Positions 9,068 to 18,627 of a DNA stretch of 64,000 bases are shown here, one piece after another. Numbering within the stretch: position 1 is the first letter of the stretch; the number at the start of each line of letters is the position of its first letter. The notes beneath the pieces were generated by a model. It saw only the letters and a list, made by a program, of their open reading frames with translations, did no database searches and was not told the origin of the DNA. The DNA is from Chloroflexota bacterium (GTDB lineage: Bacteria; Chloroflexota; Dehalococcoidia; UBA2979), in contig CANMOP010000004.1 in NCBI GenBank assembly GCA_947499615.1, positions 38,501 to 102,500 on the forward strand. The letters run 5' to 3'. The position numbers were made by a program, and so were the translations under genes.

Positions 9068-10117
9068 GTGATCATCGTGCTGGACTCCACCGAGGTCTTC
9101 GAAGACTACGAGCTAGGGAAGCCGTGGATTCGTGGGCTGGCATTGTACGCGAAGGCCGAAAGCGTCCAGGTAATCGTTCCCGAGGTAGTCATTCAAGAGT
9201 TGATGAGGCAAGCCCGAGATGACCTTTGGATCCCCGCGAACAGGGCTTTGAACAGACTGAGGCGAACCACGGGTATCAACTCCGAATTGCCTCCTCAGAC
9301 TGGATTCTTGGCCGATCTTGAAAGCCGCTTCCGGGCGCGCCTAGTTGAAGTCGGCTTCGAGGTTGGAGTTATACCGAACGTTCCACACGCGGAAGTGCTT
9401 TCGCGCATGAACGCGCGCCTACACCCGTTCCGAAGTGGCTCTCCTGATCTCGAGAAGGGCTATAAGGACTATCTCATCTGGAGAACGGCACTGGCAGCCG
9501 GGCACGCGGGTGAAGAAGTCGTCTTAGTATCAAGAAACAACGACTTCGTCCATGGCGGGGCAGGACTGCATCGGGACTTGGCTGACGAAGCTGCATCTTT
9601 AGGTGTGACCGCAAGCGCCTACAAGGGCTCCGAATTCATGCTCGAAACGTTGGTCAGGCCGTGGATGAAGAAAGCCGCTGGGCTTCTTAGGCGTCTTGAG
9701 CGGCATGAGGAGCAGCTGCAAGTTGCCGAGCAACTGTCCAAGTCCGTAAGCGACGTTCTAGGCGGGGTTGAATGGAATCCCGGCGAAATCAACTTGGATC
9801 CGGAGTTGGACACAGTCTACGTCTCAAACTTCGATCCCATGTTGCCCCTTGAGAACATCGACGCATCGGAAATCAGTGACCATGAAGTCTTGCTGAGCTT
9901 CACTGTATCGGGCGACGTTCTTCTTGACGCGTATCCTCCTAAGGAGGTGGCGTACTACCTCAATGATCCACGGGTCTACGTGTCTGACTGGGATTGGAAC
10001 AACCACTGCGTTGCTGCGGAGATCAGTGCGGAGGCGACGTTCGAGATCCGGCTGATTGTGGATCCTGACAGCCTCGAAGTGCAGAAGACGGAAGTTGTAT
10101 CCATTCAGGTGGAATAG
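9068..10117 (+). CDS. PIN-domain (DUF4935-like) protein with acidic C-terminal domain; atypical composition
   Basis: IIVLDSTE, VIVPEVVIQEL, YKDYLIW and VSRNNDF acidic PIN motifs; many A/T-ending codons; GTG lies 6 nt after TATAGT. Confidence 0.8.
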   Translation: MIIVLDSTEVFEDYELGKPWIRGLALYAKAESVQVIVPEVVIQELMRQARDDLWIPANRALNRLRRTTGINSELPPQTGFLADLESRFRARLVEVGFEVGVIPNVPHAEVLSRMNARLHPFRSGSPDLEKGYKDYLIWRTALAAGHAGEEVVLVSRNNDFVHGGAGLHRDLADEAASLGVTASAYKGSEFMLETLVRPWMKKAAGLLRRLERHEEQLQVAEQLSKSVSDVLGGVEWNPGEINLDPELDTVYVSNFDPMLPLENIDASEISDHEVLLSFTVSGDVLLDAYPPKEVAYYLNDPRVYVSDWDWNNHCVAAEISAEATFEIRLIVDPDSLEVQKTEVVSIQVE

Positions 10118-10320
10118 CGACCGCTTCCGCTGGGTGACGAACTCACCAATGTGGCGAGTTCTGGCCGCCGTTATAGGGTCGCATGAGATACACGCGCAAC
10201 GCGTTCGCCTCGGCGGTCGTACGCGAAGGAGGCGCGCGCCGTCATCGCACCCTCCTCCTTCGATACACGGTGATGCACCGCATTGGGTCGCTGCCGCGAG
10301 CTACGAAAGTGGCATGGCAG

Positions 10321-11580
10321 TCACGTGATCGCGCCCGCCAGCTCATCGAGGCTCACTTCGCGCTGCTCGCCTTCGCCGCTCACCAGCTTGAGCTGCACGA
10401 CGCCGCGGGCGGCCTCGGCGTCACCGATGATGGCGATGTAGCGCGCGCCTGAGGCTTCGGCGGCGCGGAAGTGGGCGCGCATGCTGCGGCCGGGGAAGCC
10501 CGCACGCACGACGAGGCCCGCGGCCCGCGCGCGCCGTGCAGCGTGCATCGCGGCGACGCCGACTGCCTCGCCCAGCGGCGCGACGTACAGGTCGACGGTG
10601 GTCTCGGGCAGGGGCGTGGAGCTCGCACGTGCCTTGAGGTTGAGCATGATGCGCTCGATGCCGGTGGCGAAGCCGACGCCGGGGGTGTGCGGGCCGCCCA
10701 GCAGCTCGATCAGCCCGTCGTAGCGGCCGCCCGCGCCGACGGTGGACTGACCGCCCGCGCCGGCCGGCTCGAACTCCCAGACCGTGCGCGCGTAGTAGTC
10801 GAGGCCGCGCACGATGCGCGGGTCCACCTCGTACGCCACGCCCAGGCCGTCCAGCAGCCCGCGAACCTCGGCGAAGTGGGCCTGGTCGCCCGCGTCGAGG
10901 TAGTCGAGGATGCTCGGCGCGCCCAGCACTGCCGAGTGCGCCGCGTCCTCCTTGGAGTCGAGGATGCGCAGCACGTTCGTCTCGAAGCGCCGCTGCGAGT
11001 CGCGGGAGAGCGTGGCGACGTGCGGGGCGAAGTGCTCGTGCAGCGCTGCGACATAACGATGCCGCGTCTCAGCGGTGCCGATAGAGTTGATGCGCAGTTT
11101 GAGGTCGCCCAACCCCAGTTCCTCGTACAGCGTGCGCTGGAGTTCGATCACCTCGACGTCCGCGGCGGGCGAGGGGTCGCCGATGCACTCGACGCCGAAC
11201 TGCCAGAGCTGGCGGTAGCGGCCGGCCTGCGGGCGGTCGTAACGGAACATCGGGCCGAAGTAGAACAGCCGCACCGGCTGCGGGCGGGAGCCCATGCCGT
11301 GCTCTAGGTAGGCGCGGCAGACCGCCGCCGTACCCTCCGGCCGCAGCGCGAGGTGGTCGCCGCCGCGATCCTCGAAGATGTACATCTCCTTGGAGACGAT
11401 GTCGCTCTCGTCGCCCACGGTACGCAGGAAGACCGAGGAATCCTCGACGATTGGCGTGCCAATCAGGCGGTAGTCGAAGAGGCGGGCGACGCGCTCCGCC
11501 GTGTCCCGGACGAAGCGCCAGAGCTCCTCATCTTCTGGGAGCAGGTCGTGCATGCCTCGGGGTGCGCGTGGACCAGCCAT
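10321..11580 (-). CDS. hisS: Histidine-tRNA ligase
   Basis: LRPEGTA, FRYDRPQAGRYRQ, RGLDYY and GGRYDGL motifs. Confidence 0.97.
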   Translation of the reverse strand: MAGPRAPRGMHDLLPEDEELWRFVRDTAERVARLFDYRLIGTPIVEDSSVFLRTVGDESDIVSKEMYIFEDRGGDHLALRPEGTAAVCRAYLEHGMGSRPQPVRLFYFGPMFRYDRPQAGRYRQLWQFGVECIGDPSPAADVEVIELQRTLYEELGLGDLKLRINSIGTAETRHRYVAALHEHFAPHVATLSRDSQRRFETNVLRILDSKEDAAHSAVLGAPSILDYLDAGDQAHFAEVRGLLDGLGVAYEVDPRIVRGLDYYARTVWEFEPAGAGGQSTVGAGGRYDGLIELLGGPHTPGVGFATGIERIMLNLKARASSTPLPETTVDLYVAPLGEAVGVAAMHAARRARAAGLVVRAGFPGRSMRAHFRAAEASGARYIAIIGDAEAARGVVQLKLVSGEGEQREVSLDELAGAIT

Positions 11581-11681
11581 GCGCCGAGTCTACGCCGCGC
11601 CGAGGCGAGCGACGACCCGATCCGCCGCGGCGCGGTAGGATGCTGACGTGCGCGTGATGTTTGTGGTAGGCTGGCGACACG

Positions 11682-13853
11682 ATGGTCGTCTCTGAGCACG
11701 CTCCATCCGACGTCGAAGCGCTCTTTGAGACGCTCTCCCTTTACCTGCCCGCAGATCGCATCCCCGGCGTCCGTGAGGCGTACGAGTTCGCGCTGCGCTG
11801 CCACGAGGGCCAGAAGCGGCTCTCCGGCGAGCCCTACATCATCCATCCTGTCGCCGTCGCCCAACTGGTCGCTGAGTTGCGCATGGACGCACCGACGATC
11901 ACTGCTGCGCTGCTGCACGACGTCATCGAGGACTGCGGCATCAAATCGGAGGAGATCGCGCGCCGCTTCACGGCGGATGTGGCCCACCTCGTCGACGGCG
12001 CAACGAAGATCGAGCATCTGCCGACGCCCCAGCCGGGGGTGGTGACATCTGTCGACGCGGAGACGCTGCGCAAGATGTTCGTGGCGATGGCCGAGGATGT
12101 GCGGGTGGTGATCATCAAGATCGCCGACCGACTGCACAACATGCGCACGCTGGAACACCTCTCGCCGGTGCGCCAGCAGGCGATCGCACGCGAGACCATG
12201 GACATCTACGCGCCGCTCGCCGCCCGCCTCGGCATCTGGCAATTCAAGCCAGAGCTCGAGGATCTCGCGTTCTCCTACCTGGAGCCGGAGGAGTACCGCC
12301 GGGTCGCCGAGATGGTGGCCGCCCGCCGCACGGAGCGTGAACGCTTCGTGAAGCGCGTTGAGGCCGACCTCGGCGCCGCGCTGGAAGCCGCCGAGGTGAA
12401 GGCCGAGATCAGCGGTCGTGTGAAGCACCTCTACTCCATCGCCGGAAAGATGAAGCGCTACGCCGCCGACGGGAAGTCGTTCGATCAGATCCACGACCTG
12501 CTGGCCTTACGGGTGTTGGTCGACACCGTCGGCGATTGCTACAACGCGCTCGGCGTCGTGCACCAGACCTGGCACCCGCTCCCCGGCGGCTTCGATGACT
12601 ACATCGCTAACCCGAAGGAGTCGCTGTACCAGTCGTTGCACACCAACGTCATGGGCCCGAACGCGCGACCCTTCGAGGTGCAGATCCGCACGTACGAGAT
12701 GCACGAGCTGGCTGAGTACGGTGTCGCGGCACACTGGCAGTACAAGGCGGAGCCCCGCAAGCGCGACCACCAGTACGAGGAGCGCATGTCCTGGCTCCGC
12801 CACCTCATCGAGTGGCAACAGGAGGCATCCGGTACGGAGGACTTCCTGGAGTCGGTGAAGACCGACATCTTCCGCGACCAGGTCTTTGTGTACACGCCGC
12901 GCGCCGAAGTGCGCGTGCTGCCCGCCGGATCGACGCCGATCGACTTCGCGTATCGCGTGCATACCGACCTCGGCAATCGCTGCCAGGGCGCGCGGGTGAA
13001 CGGGCGATTGGTGCCGCTGACCACCAAGCTGCAGAACGGCGACATCGTCGAGATCGTGCGGGGCAAGGCCGACCGTGGCCCTTCCCGCGATTGGATGATC
13101 CCGACCCTCGGCTTCCTCGGATCGAGCCATTCGAGGCAGAAGGTGCGCCAGTGGTTCCGCAAGGCCGAGCGCGGCGAGAACATCGCGCGCGGCCGCGAGC
13201 TCTTCGACCGCGAGCGCAAGCGCCTCGGCATCACGGACATCCCATCCGCGTTCGCCTCGCAACTGGGGTACGAGGGGTTCGACGACATGCTGGCGGCGAT
13301 CGGCTATGGCGACGTCTCGCATCAGCAGCTGGTGCAGCGCCTCGCGGAACTCGCGCCACCGGCCCCGCCACCGTTACCGCGCACAGTGGAACGTCGACGC
13401 CTGAACGAGCCCGAGGGCGTGCGCGTCCTGGGCGAGGCGGGATTGCACGTGCTGATCGGGCGCTGCTGCACACCGCTGCCGGGGGACGGCATCATCGGTT
13501 ACATCACACGCTCGCGAGGCGTGACCGTACATCGTCGCGACTGTCACAACGTCGTCGGCCTGCGCTTCGAGGCGGAGCGGTTGGTGGAGTGCGACTGGGG
13601 TCACTCGGGTGAGCTCTACTCGGCCGCCGTGTTGGTCCACGCGTGGGATCGCGTTGGCCTCCTGCGCGACGTCGCCACGATCGTCGCCTCGGACGGCGTG
13701 AACATGGTGGGAGTGCGCACCCAAGAGCACGACGACCGCACCACCACCGTACACATCACACTGGAGACCAGCGGCCGTATGCAGGTCTCGCGGCTGATGT
13801 CCCACCTCGAAGGATTGCGCGGCATCATCGCCGTCTCGCTCGCCGAGATCTAG
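11682..13853 (+). CDS. relA: Bifunctional (p)ppGpp synthetase/hydrolase (Rel)
   Basis: SGEPYIIHP, LHDVIED, IKIADRLHNMRT, YQSLHT, EVQIRT, TGS, CC and ACT domains. Confidence 0.96.
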   Translation: MVVSEHAPSDVEALFETLSLYLPADRIPGVREAYEFALRCHEGQKRLSGEPYIIHPVAVAQLVAELRMDAPTITAALLHDVIEDCGIKSEEIARRFTADVAHLVDGATKIEHLPTPQPGVVTSVDAETLRKMFVAMAEDVRVVIIKIADRLHNMRTLEHLSPVRQQAIARETMDIYAPLAARLGIWQFKPELEDLAFSYLEPEEYRRVAEMVAARRTERERFVKRVEADLGAALEAAEVKAEISGRVKHLYSIAGKMKRYAADGKSFDQIHDLLALRVLVDTVGDCYNALGVVHQTWHPLPGGFDDYIANPKESLYQSLHTNVMGPNARPFEVQIRTYEMHELAEYGVAAHWQYKAEPRKRDHQYEERMSWLRHLIEWQQEASGTEDFLESVKTDIFRDQVFVYTPRAEVRVLPAGSTPIDFAYRVHTDLGNRCQGARVNGRLVPLTTKLQNGDIVEIVRGKADRGPSRDWMIPTLGFLGSSHSRQKVRQWFRKAERGENIARGRELFDRERKRLGITDIPSAFASQLGYEGFDDMLAAIGYGDVSHQQLVQRLAELAPPAPPPLPRTVERRRLNEPEGVRVLGEAGLHVLIGRCCTPLPGDGIIGYITRSRGVTVHRRDCHNVVGLRFEAERLVECDWGHSGELYSAAVLVHAWDRVGLLRDVATIVASDGVNMVGVRTQEHDDRTTTVHITLETSGRMQVSRLMSHLEGLRGIIAVSLAEI

Positions 13854-13873
13854 GCAGTCGGCCGCGACGACGA

Positions 13874-14206
13874 ATGACCGATGACTTCTATTGCGAGCAG
13901 GTCCTGAGCGGGGCGACTGCCGTCGAAGTCGTAATCGAGACCGCCGATGTCATCGCTTGCCACCACACGAGACCGTACTGGCCGGTGCACATCGTCGTCA
14001 TCCCGAAGAACCATGTGCCGTCGCTGCTCGACCTCGGTTCGGGCGGGGAGGCCATGCTCACCTCGGTGTTCGCGGTCGTGCGGCAAGTCGCGGCAGCGAT
14101 GGTTGCGGAGCACGGTGCCTGTCGCGTGGGCACCAATCTGGGCTCGTACCAGGACTCGAAGCACCTGCATGTCCACGTCGCGTGGGGCGAGCAGCTGCAC
14201 ACCTAG
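13874..14206 (+). CDS. HIT family protein
   Basis: HIVVIPKNH and HLHVH histidine triad. Confidence 0.9.
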   Translation: MTDDFYCEQVLSGATAVEVVIETADVIACHHTRPYWPVHIVVIPKNHVPSLLDLGSGGEAMLTSVFAVVRQVAAAMVAEHGACRVGTNLGSYQDSKHLHVHVAWGEQLHT

Positions 14207-14303
14207 CAGCTGCCCGCCGCCATCGGCCACGCGTGCCGAGGTCAGAGCGACCGACTATGCTGCGTGCCTGAGTCCGCTGCGTCCCTCGCGCTGGAGCCTG
14301 ACG

Positions 14304-15821
14304 ATGCCGCTTGCCCGCGTCCGCTCCGGCGCCCTGATGGGCATCGAAGGCATCCCGCTGGATGTCGAGGTGGACATTGGCTCGGGCTTGCCCGCGTTCA
14401 ACATCGTTGGCCTGCCGGACGCCGCGGTGCAGGAGGCGCGCGAACGCGTGCGCGCTGCGATCCGCAACGCCGGATTCGAGTTCCCGCTGCGCCGCATCAC
14501 CGTGAACCTCGCGCCCGCTGACGTGCGCAAAGAGGGACCGATCTACGACCTGCCAATCGCGGTCGCAGTACTCGCCGCGTCGGGTCAGATCTCCGCATCC
14601 TTTCACGATGTCGCGCTCCTCGGCGAGCTCTCGTTGGACGGGACACTGCGCCACGCGGACGGCGTGCTGCCGCTGGTCGCGATGTGCGCGCAGGCGGGGA
14701 TTCGTCGCGTCGTCGTGCCAGCCGTCGATGTCGCCGAAGGTCGGCTGATCGATGGAGTGGAAGTGCTGGCGTTGAGCACCCTCGCGCAACTGCGTGAGCC
14801 ACCCGAGAGTTGGGCGACACCCGAGCCCGCGCCGCCCGTGGAACGCCTGGAGATCGAGGCGAACGACCTCTCGGTGGTACAGGGGCAGGAGCACGTGAAG
14901 CGCGCGCTGGAAGTCGCGTGCGCCGGCGGGCACAACGTGATGATGCAGGGCCCGCCCGGATCCGGAAAGACATTGCTTGCCCGCACCATGTCCGGACTGC
15001 TGCCGCCGCTGACAACCAACGAAGCGCTCGAGGTGACGAAGATCCACTCGGTCGCGGGCATGCTCGGGCGGGGCCGGGCGATGGTGCTGGAGCGACCGTT
15101 CCGCTCGCCGCACCACACCATTTCGCACGCGGGACTGGTGGGCGGCGGCAGCCGTATCCGGCCAGGCGAGGTCTCCATCGCGCACCGCGGCGTGTTGTTC
15201 CTCGATGAGTTCCCGGAGTTCGGCGGGACCGCGCTGGAGGCGCTGCGCGAGCCGTTGGAGTCCGGCGCGGTCACGATCTCGCGTGCTCGCGGCTCCGCCA
15301 CGTTCCCCGCGCGCTTCCTCCTCGTCGCCGCGATGAATCCCTGCCCGTGCGGCTACCACGCCGACGCCCGCCGCCCGTGCTCCTGCGCGGAGGCTACGGT
15401 CACGCGTTACCAGCGACGTATCTCCGGGCCATTGCTGGACCGCTTCGACATCTTCATCGAGGTGCCGCGCGTGGAGTATCGCGAGCTCGCGAGCACCGAG
15501 CCGACGGGTGAACACTCGTCCGCCGTCCGTGAGCGCGTCGCCGCCGCACGCGAGGTGCAACTGCGACGGCTGGCCGGGACGCCCTACCTCACCAACGCCG
15601 AGATGGGGCCGCTCGCCGTCCGCGAGCACTGCCAACGAAAACTCGCTCCCGCGGCACAGCCGCTGCTCGCCGCCGCGATGGAGCAGTTGGCGCTCTCAGC
15701 CCGCGCGTTCCACCGCGTGCTCAAGGTCGCGCGCACGGTCGCCGATCTGGCGGGCGCCGACATCATCGAGACTGCACACCTCGCGGAGGCGATCCAATAT
15801 CGCCGCCGTGGGCGCGATTAG
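14304..15821 (+). CDS. comM: YifB/ComM Mg-chelatase-like AAA+ ATPase
   Basis: VGLPDAAVQEARERV, GPPGSGKT, PFRSPHH, LFLDE, AMNPCPCG and SGPLLDRFD motifs. Confidence 0.95.
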   Translation: MPLARVRSGALMGIEGIPLDVEVDIGSGLPAFNIVGLPDAAVQEARERVRAAIRNAGFEFPLRRITVNLAPADVRKEGPIYDLPIAVAVLAASGQISASFHDVALLGELSLDGTLRHADGVLPLVAMCAQAGIRRVVVPAVDVAEGRLIDGVEVLALSTLAQLREPPESWATPEPAPPVERLEIEANDLSVVQGQEHVKRALEVACAGGHNVMMQGPPGSGKTLLARTMSGLLPPLTTNEALEVTKIHSVAGMLGRGRAMVLERPFRSPHHTISHAGLVGGGSRIRPGEVSIAHRGVLFLDEFPEFGGTALEALREPLESGAVTISRARGSATFPARFLLVAAMNPCPCGYHADARRPCSCAEATVTRYQRRISGPLLDRFDIFIEVPRVEYRELASTEPTGEHSSAVRERVAAAREVQLRRLAGTPYLTNAEMGPLAVREHCQRKLAPAAQPLLAAAMEQLALSARAFHRVLKVARTVADLAGADIIETAHLAEAIQYRRRGRD

Positions 15822-15830
15822 GCACCGAGG

Positions 15831-16952
15831 ATGGCGTTCCGTCCGTTCCGCATCGAGTTCACCCAGCGTTCGATCGACGACCTGCATCGACGCCTGGACG
15901 CGACCCGCTGGCCACAACTGCCATTCTCCACCGGCTGGGACGCGGGCACCGACGATGCCGCGATGACCGAGCTGGTGCGGTACTGGCGCCGAGAGTTCGA
16001 TTGGTTCGGCTGGCAGCGCCGCTTCAACGAGCACGCGCACGTGCGCGGCCCCATGGGCACCGATGAGGAGATGCACGCGGTGCTGATCGCGGGCGCGAGG
16101 GCCGACGGGCTCGCTCGCGTTCCGTTGCTGCTCATGCACGGTTGGCCCGGCTCGTTCATCGAACTACTGCCAGCGGCAGAACGCCTCGCCGCGAAGGGCT
16201 TCGATGTCGTCGTACCGTCGCTGCCGGGCTTCGGGTTCTCCGATGCGCCCCGCGCGCCGGGTGCCCACCCCGGCTACGTGGCGGAGCGCATGCACCTGCT
16301 CATGCGTGACCTCGGGTACGCGAGGTACGGCGTGCAGGGCGGGGACTGGGGCGCACACATCGGCGCGCGGCTGGCGCGTGCGCATCCGGAGGCGGTGGCC
16401 GGGCTGCACCTCAACTTCCCCGCGGGTCTCGTTGCGCGTGAGACGGACACCGAGCCGTCTGCGGTGGAAGCCGATTGGGAACGCCGCATGGCCGCGTTCC
16501 GCGATCGCGAGGGCGCGTACAGCCGACTGCAGCGCACGAAGCCCCAAACGCTCGCCTACGCGCTGCTCGACTCGCCGGTCGGACTGCTCGCCTGGGTGTT
16601 GGAGAAGTTCCACGGTTGGACGGATCACCGTGGCGACCTCTTCGATGCGGTCGACCGCGAGACACTGCTCGCGAACGTCACGCTCTACTGGCTGACTGGC
16701 ACCGCACTCTCCTCGGCGCGACTCTACTACGAGGCGGAGCATGAAACGCCGCCGTTCGTCACGGCGCGCTGCGAGGTGCCCACGGCCTTCGCACGCTACC
16801 CCGGCGAGCCGTGGGAGGTTCCGCGAGAGGTGATAGAGCGTTCGTACCACCTCGTGCGGTGGACCGAACTCGATCGAGGCGGACACTTCGCCGCGCTGGA
16901 GCAGCCGGAGCCGTTCGCCGAGGATGTAGCGGGATTCTTCGGGGCGCTCTGA
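15831..16952 (+). CDS. Epoxide hydrolase (alpha/beta hydrolase with EHN domain)
   Basis: HGWPGS, PSLPGFGFS, QGGDWG and GGHFAALEQP motifs. Confidence 0.92.
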   Translation: MAFRPFRIEFTQRSIDDLHRRLDATRWPQLPFSTGWDAGTDDAAMTELVRYWRREFDWFGWQRRFNEHAHVRGPMGTDEEMHAVLIAGARADGLARVPLLLMHGWPGSFIELLPAAERLAAKGFDVVVPSLPGFGFSDAPRAPGAHPGYVAERMHLLMRDLGYARYGVQGGDWGAHIGARLARAHPEAVAGLHLNFPAGLVARETDTEPSAVEADWERRMAAFRDREGAYSRLQRTKPQTLAYALLDSPVGLLAWVLEKFHGWTDHRGDLFDAVDRETLLANVTLYWLTGTALSSARLYYEAEHETPPFVTARCEVPTAFARYPGEPWEVPREVIERSYHLVRWTELDRGGHFAALEQPEPFAEDVAGFFGAL

Positions 16953-16994
16953 CTCTCGCCAGCACTAGCGCCACAAAGTAGACCCCGAAGATGA

Positions 16995-17099
16995 CCTGTA
17001 GCGTCCACAGCAGACGGGGGATGAGCTATCCCCTTCGTCTGGTCAGCAACGACGCCGCGATGAGACAACGGCGTGTTCCGGCACAGGATGCTACTCAGG
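16995..17099 (+). ncRNA. Candidate structured RNA (three-way junction), family unassigned
   Basis: P1 GTAGCGTCC/GGATGCTAC, P2 CAGACGGGGGAT/ATCCCCTTCGTCTG, P3 ACGCCG/CGGCGT. Confidence 0.35.
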
Positions 17100-17174
17100 A
17101 TCGCGCCGCGATCCGGCAGCGCCCGGGAGAAGTTGGACGGGCGCGGACGTGCCGGGTACGATCGAGCGCAGCAT

Positions 17175-17249
17175 GCCCTCGTAGCTCAGTGGATAGAGCA
17201 CCGGCCTCCGGAGCCGGTGGCGCAGGTTCGAGTCCTGCCGGGGGCACCA
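17175..17249 (+). tRNA. tRNA-Arg(CCG)
   Basis: Full cloverleaf GCCCTCG...CGGGGGC-ACCA; anticodon loop CT-CCG-GA; GGTTCGAGTCC T-arm. Confidence 0.97.
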
Positions 17250-17300
17250 TTCGCTCGCTGGACGCCGTTTCCGGCCGCGGCGGCGCAGGAGGCGACTGCC

Positions 17301-17804
17301 GTGTCCGAGTACGCCCCGATCTCGACGTACCGCGAGGTGATTTCGCCGCCGAAGTGGTTCGTCGTCGCCATCGCGCTGCTGGCACTGGCTCCGCTCTGGG
17401 GCGTCCAAGCTGCGCTGCGTGACGATTCGCTTTCCACTGCGCGACGCGTGACCCTGACAGCAGCCGCGCCGGTTGTCGCCGGAATGCTGCTCTGGTTGGC
17501 GCTCGTCGGCTCGCACCTCACTGTCGAGGTCGTGGCGGAGCGGGTCCGCTTCCGCTTCGGGCCATTTGGCCGCACCCTGCGTAGTAACGACATCACTGCA
17601 GTGACGGCCGAGCCCTACAACGCGTGGGCGTTCGGCGGTTGGGGCTGGCGATTGGGCTGGGGCGGCGCGCAGGCGTTCACCGTGCCGTTCCTCAGGAGCG
17701 GCGTGATGCTGGGTACCGCTCGTGGTCGGTTCTATCTCTCCAGCCGGACGCCAGAGCGACTGGCGGAGGCTGTCCGGTACGTTGCCCATCTGGGCACGCA
17801 GTAG
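17301..17804 (+). CDS. Membrane protein with PH-like C-terminal domain
   Basis: AGGAGG RBS then GTG; two hydrophobic helices, FGGWGWR motif and SSRTPERL. Confidence 0.7.
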   Translation: MSEYAPISTYREVISPPKWFVVAIALLALAPLWGVQAALRDDSLSTARRVTLTAAAPVVAGMLLWLALVGSHLTVEVVAERVRFRFGPFGRTLRSNDITAVTAEPYNAWAFGGWGWRLGWGGAQAFTVPFLRSGVMLGTARGRFYLSSRTPERLAEAVRYVAHLGTQ

Positions 17805-17815
17805 GAAGGGCTGGC

Positions 17816-18625
17816 ATGAGCGAGGAGCGTAGGCGACAACAGCGCCAGGAGCGCATCCGACGGCGACGCCGTCCGGGCCCGGTAGTCTACGAGTCGGCCG
17901 ACAAGACCCCGGAGATGCCCGGCATCTTTGGGTGGATGCAGCGCAACGGTCGCGTATTCATCCTGGCCGGCATTTTCGTCATGCTCGCAAGCCTCGGCGG
18001 CTCGTTCCTGGCAGGTGCATTCACCGGCAGCACGGGCGGCAACACCGCGACCGCGACACCGATCCCAACCGTGCAGGGCGGGCAGCCGGTCGGCACGCCG
18101 GGCCCCGACGGCGTGGTGCGCCGCTACTCGGGCGCGCCCGCTGTAGGGATCGACGCCAAGAAGCAGTATGAAGCTGTCCTGCACACCGAGAAGGGCGACA
18201 TACACATCACGCTGCTCCCGGACGCCGCTCCGCAGGCGGTGAACAACTTCGTGTTCCTGGCGCGTAATCGCTTCTTCGAGGGGCTGACGTTCCACCGCGT
18301 CGTCGCGGGCTTCGTCGCGCAGGGCGGCGACCCGCTGGGGAACGGCACCGGCGACGCCGGCTACAAGCTGCCCATCGAGCGTAACGACATCCACTTCGAT
18401 GCCGGCGTGCTGGCGATGGCGAAGTCGGCGACGGGCGTGAGCAGCTCGCAGTTCTTCATCACGCTGGCGCCCCAGCCACAGCTGGAGCTGGATTTCGCCG
18501 CGTTCGGCCGTCTGACCTCCGGCATGGAGGTTGCGCAGGCGCTCACGCTGCGCGACCCGAATGAGAAGGGCCAACCGCCCGGCGACCGCATCCTGAAGGT
18601 CGACATCATCGAGAAGAGCAGCTGA
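17816..18625 (+). CDS. Membrane-anchored cyclophilin-type peptidyl-prolyl isomerase
   Basis: TM helix and Pro/Thr linker, then FHRVVAGFVAQGGDP...SQFFIT. Confidence 0.92.
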   Translation: MSEERRRQQRQERIRRRRRPGPVVYESADKTPEMPGIFGWMQRNGRVFILAGIFVMLASLGGSFLAGAFTGSTGGNTATATPIPTVQGGQPVGTPGPDGVVRRYSGAPAVGIDAKKQYEAVLHTEKGDIHITLLPDAAPQAVNNFVFLARNRFFEGLTFHRVVAGFVAQGGDPLGNGTGDAGYKLPIERNDIHFDAGVLAMAKSATGVSSSQFFITLAPQPQLELDFAAFGRLTSGMEVAQALTLRDPNEKGQPPGDRILKVDIIEKSS

Positions 18626-18627
18626 GC

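Noticed and set aside
8900..10180. Integron cassette (GTTAGGG / GTTATAG near the PIN gene)
   Set aside because: There is no RYYYAAC...GTTRRRY attC palindrome and no integron integrase.
16995..17099. SAM-I or glycine riboswitch assignment for the structured RNA
   Set aside because: Only fragments match (CAGCAAC, CTCAGG). Key conserved elements are missing and no relevant gene lies downstream, so it is kept only as an unassigned candidate.
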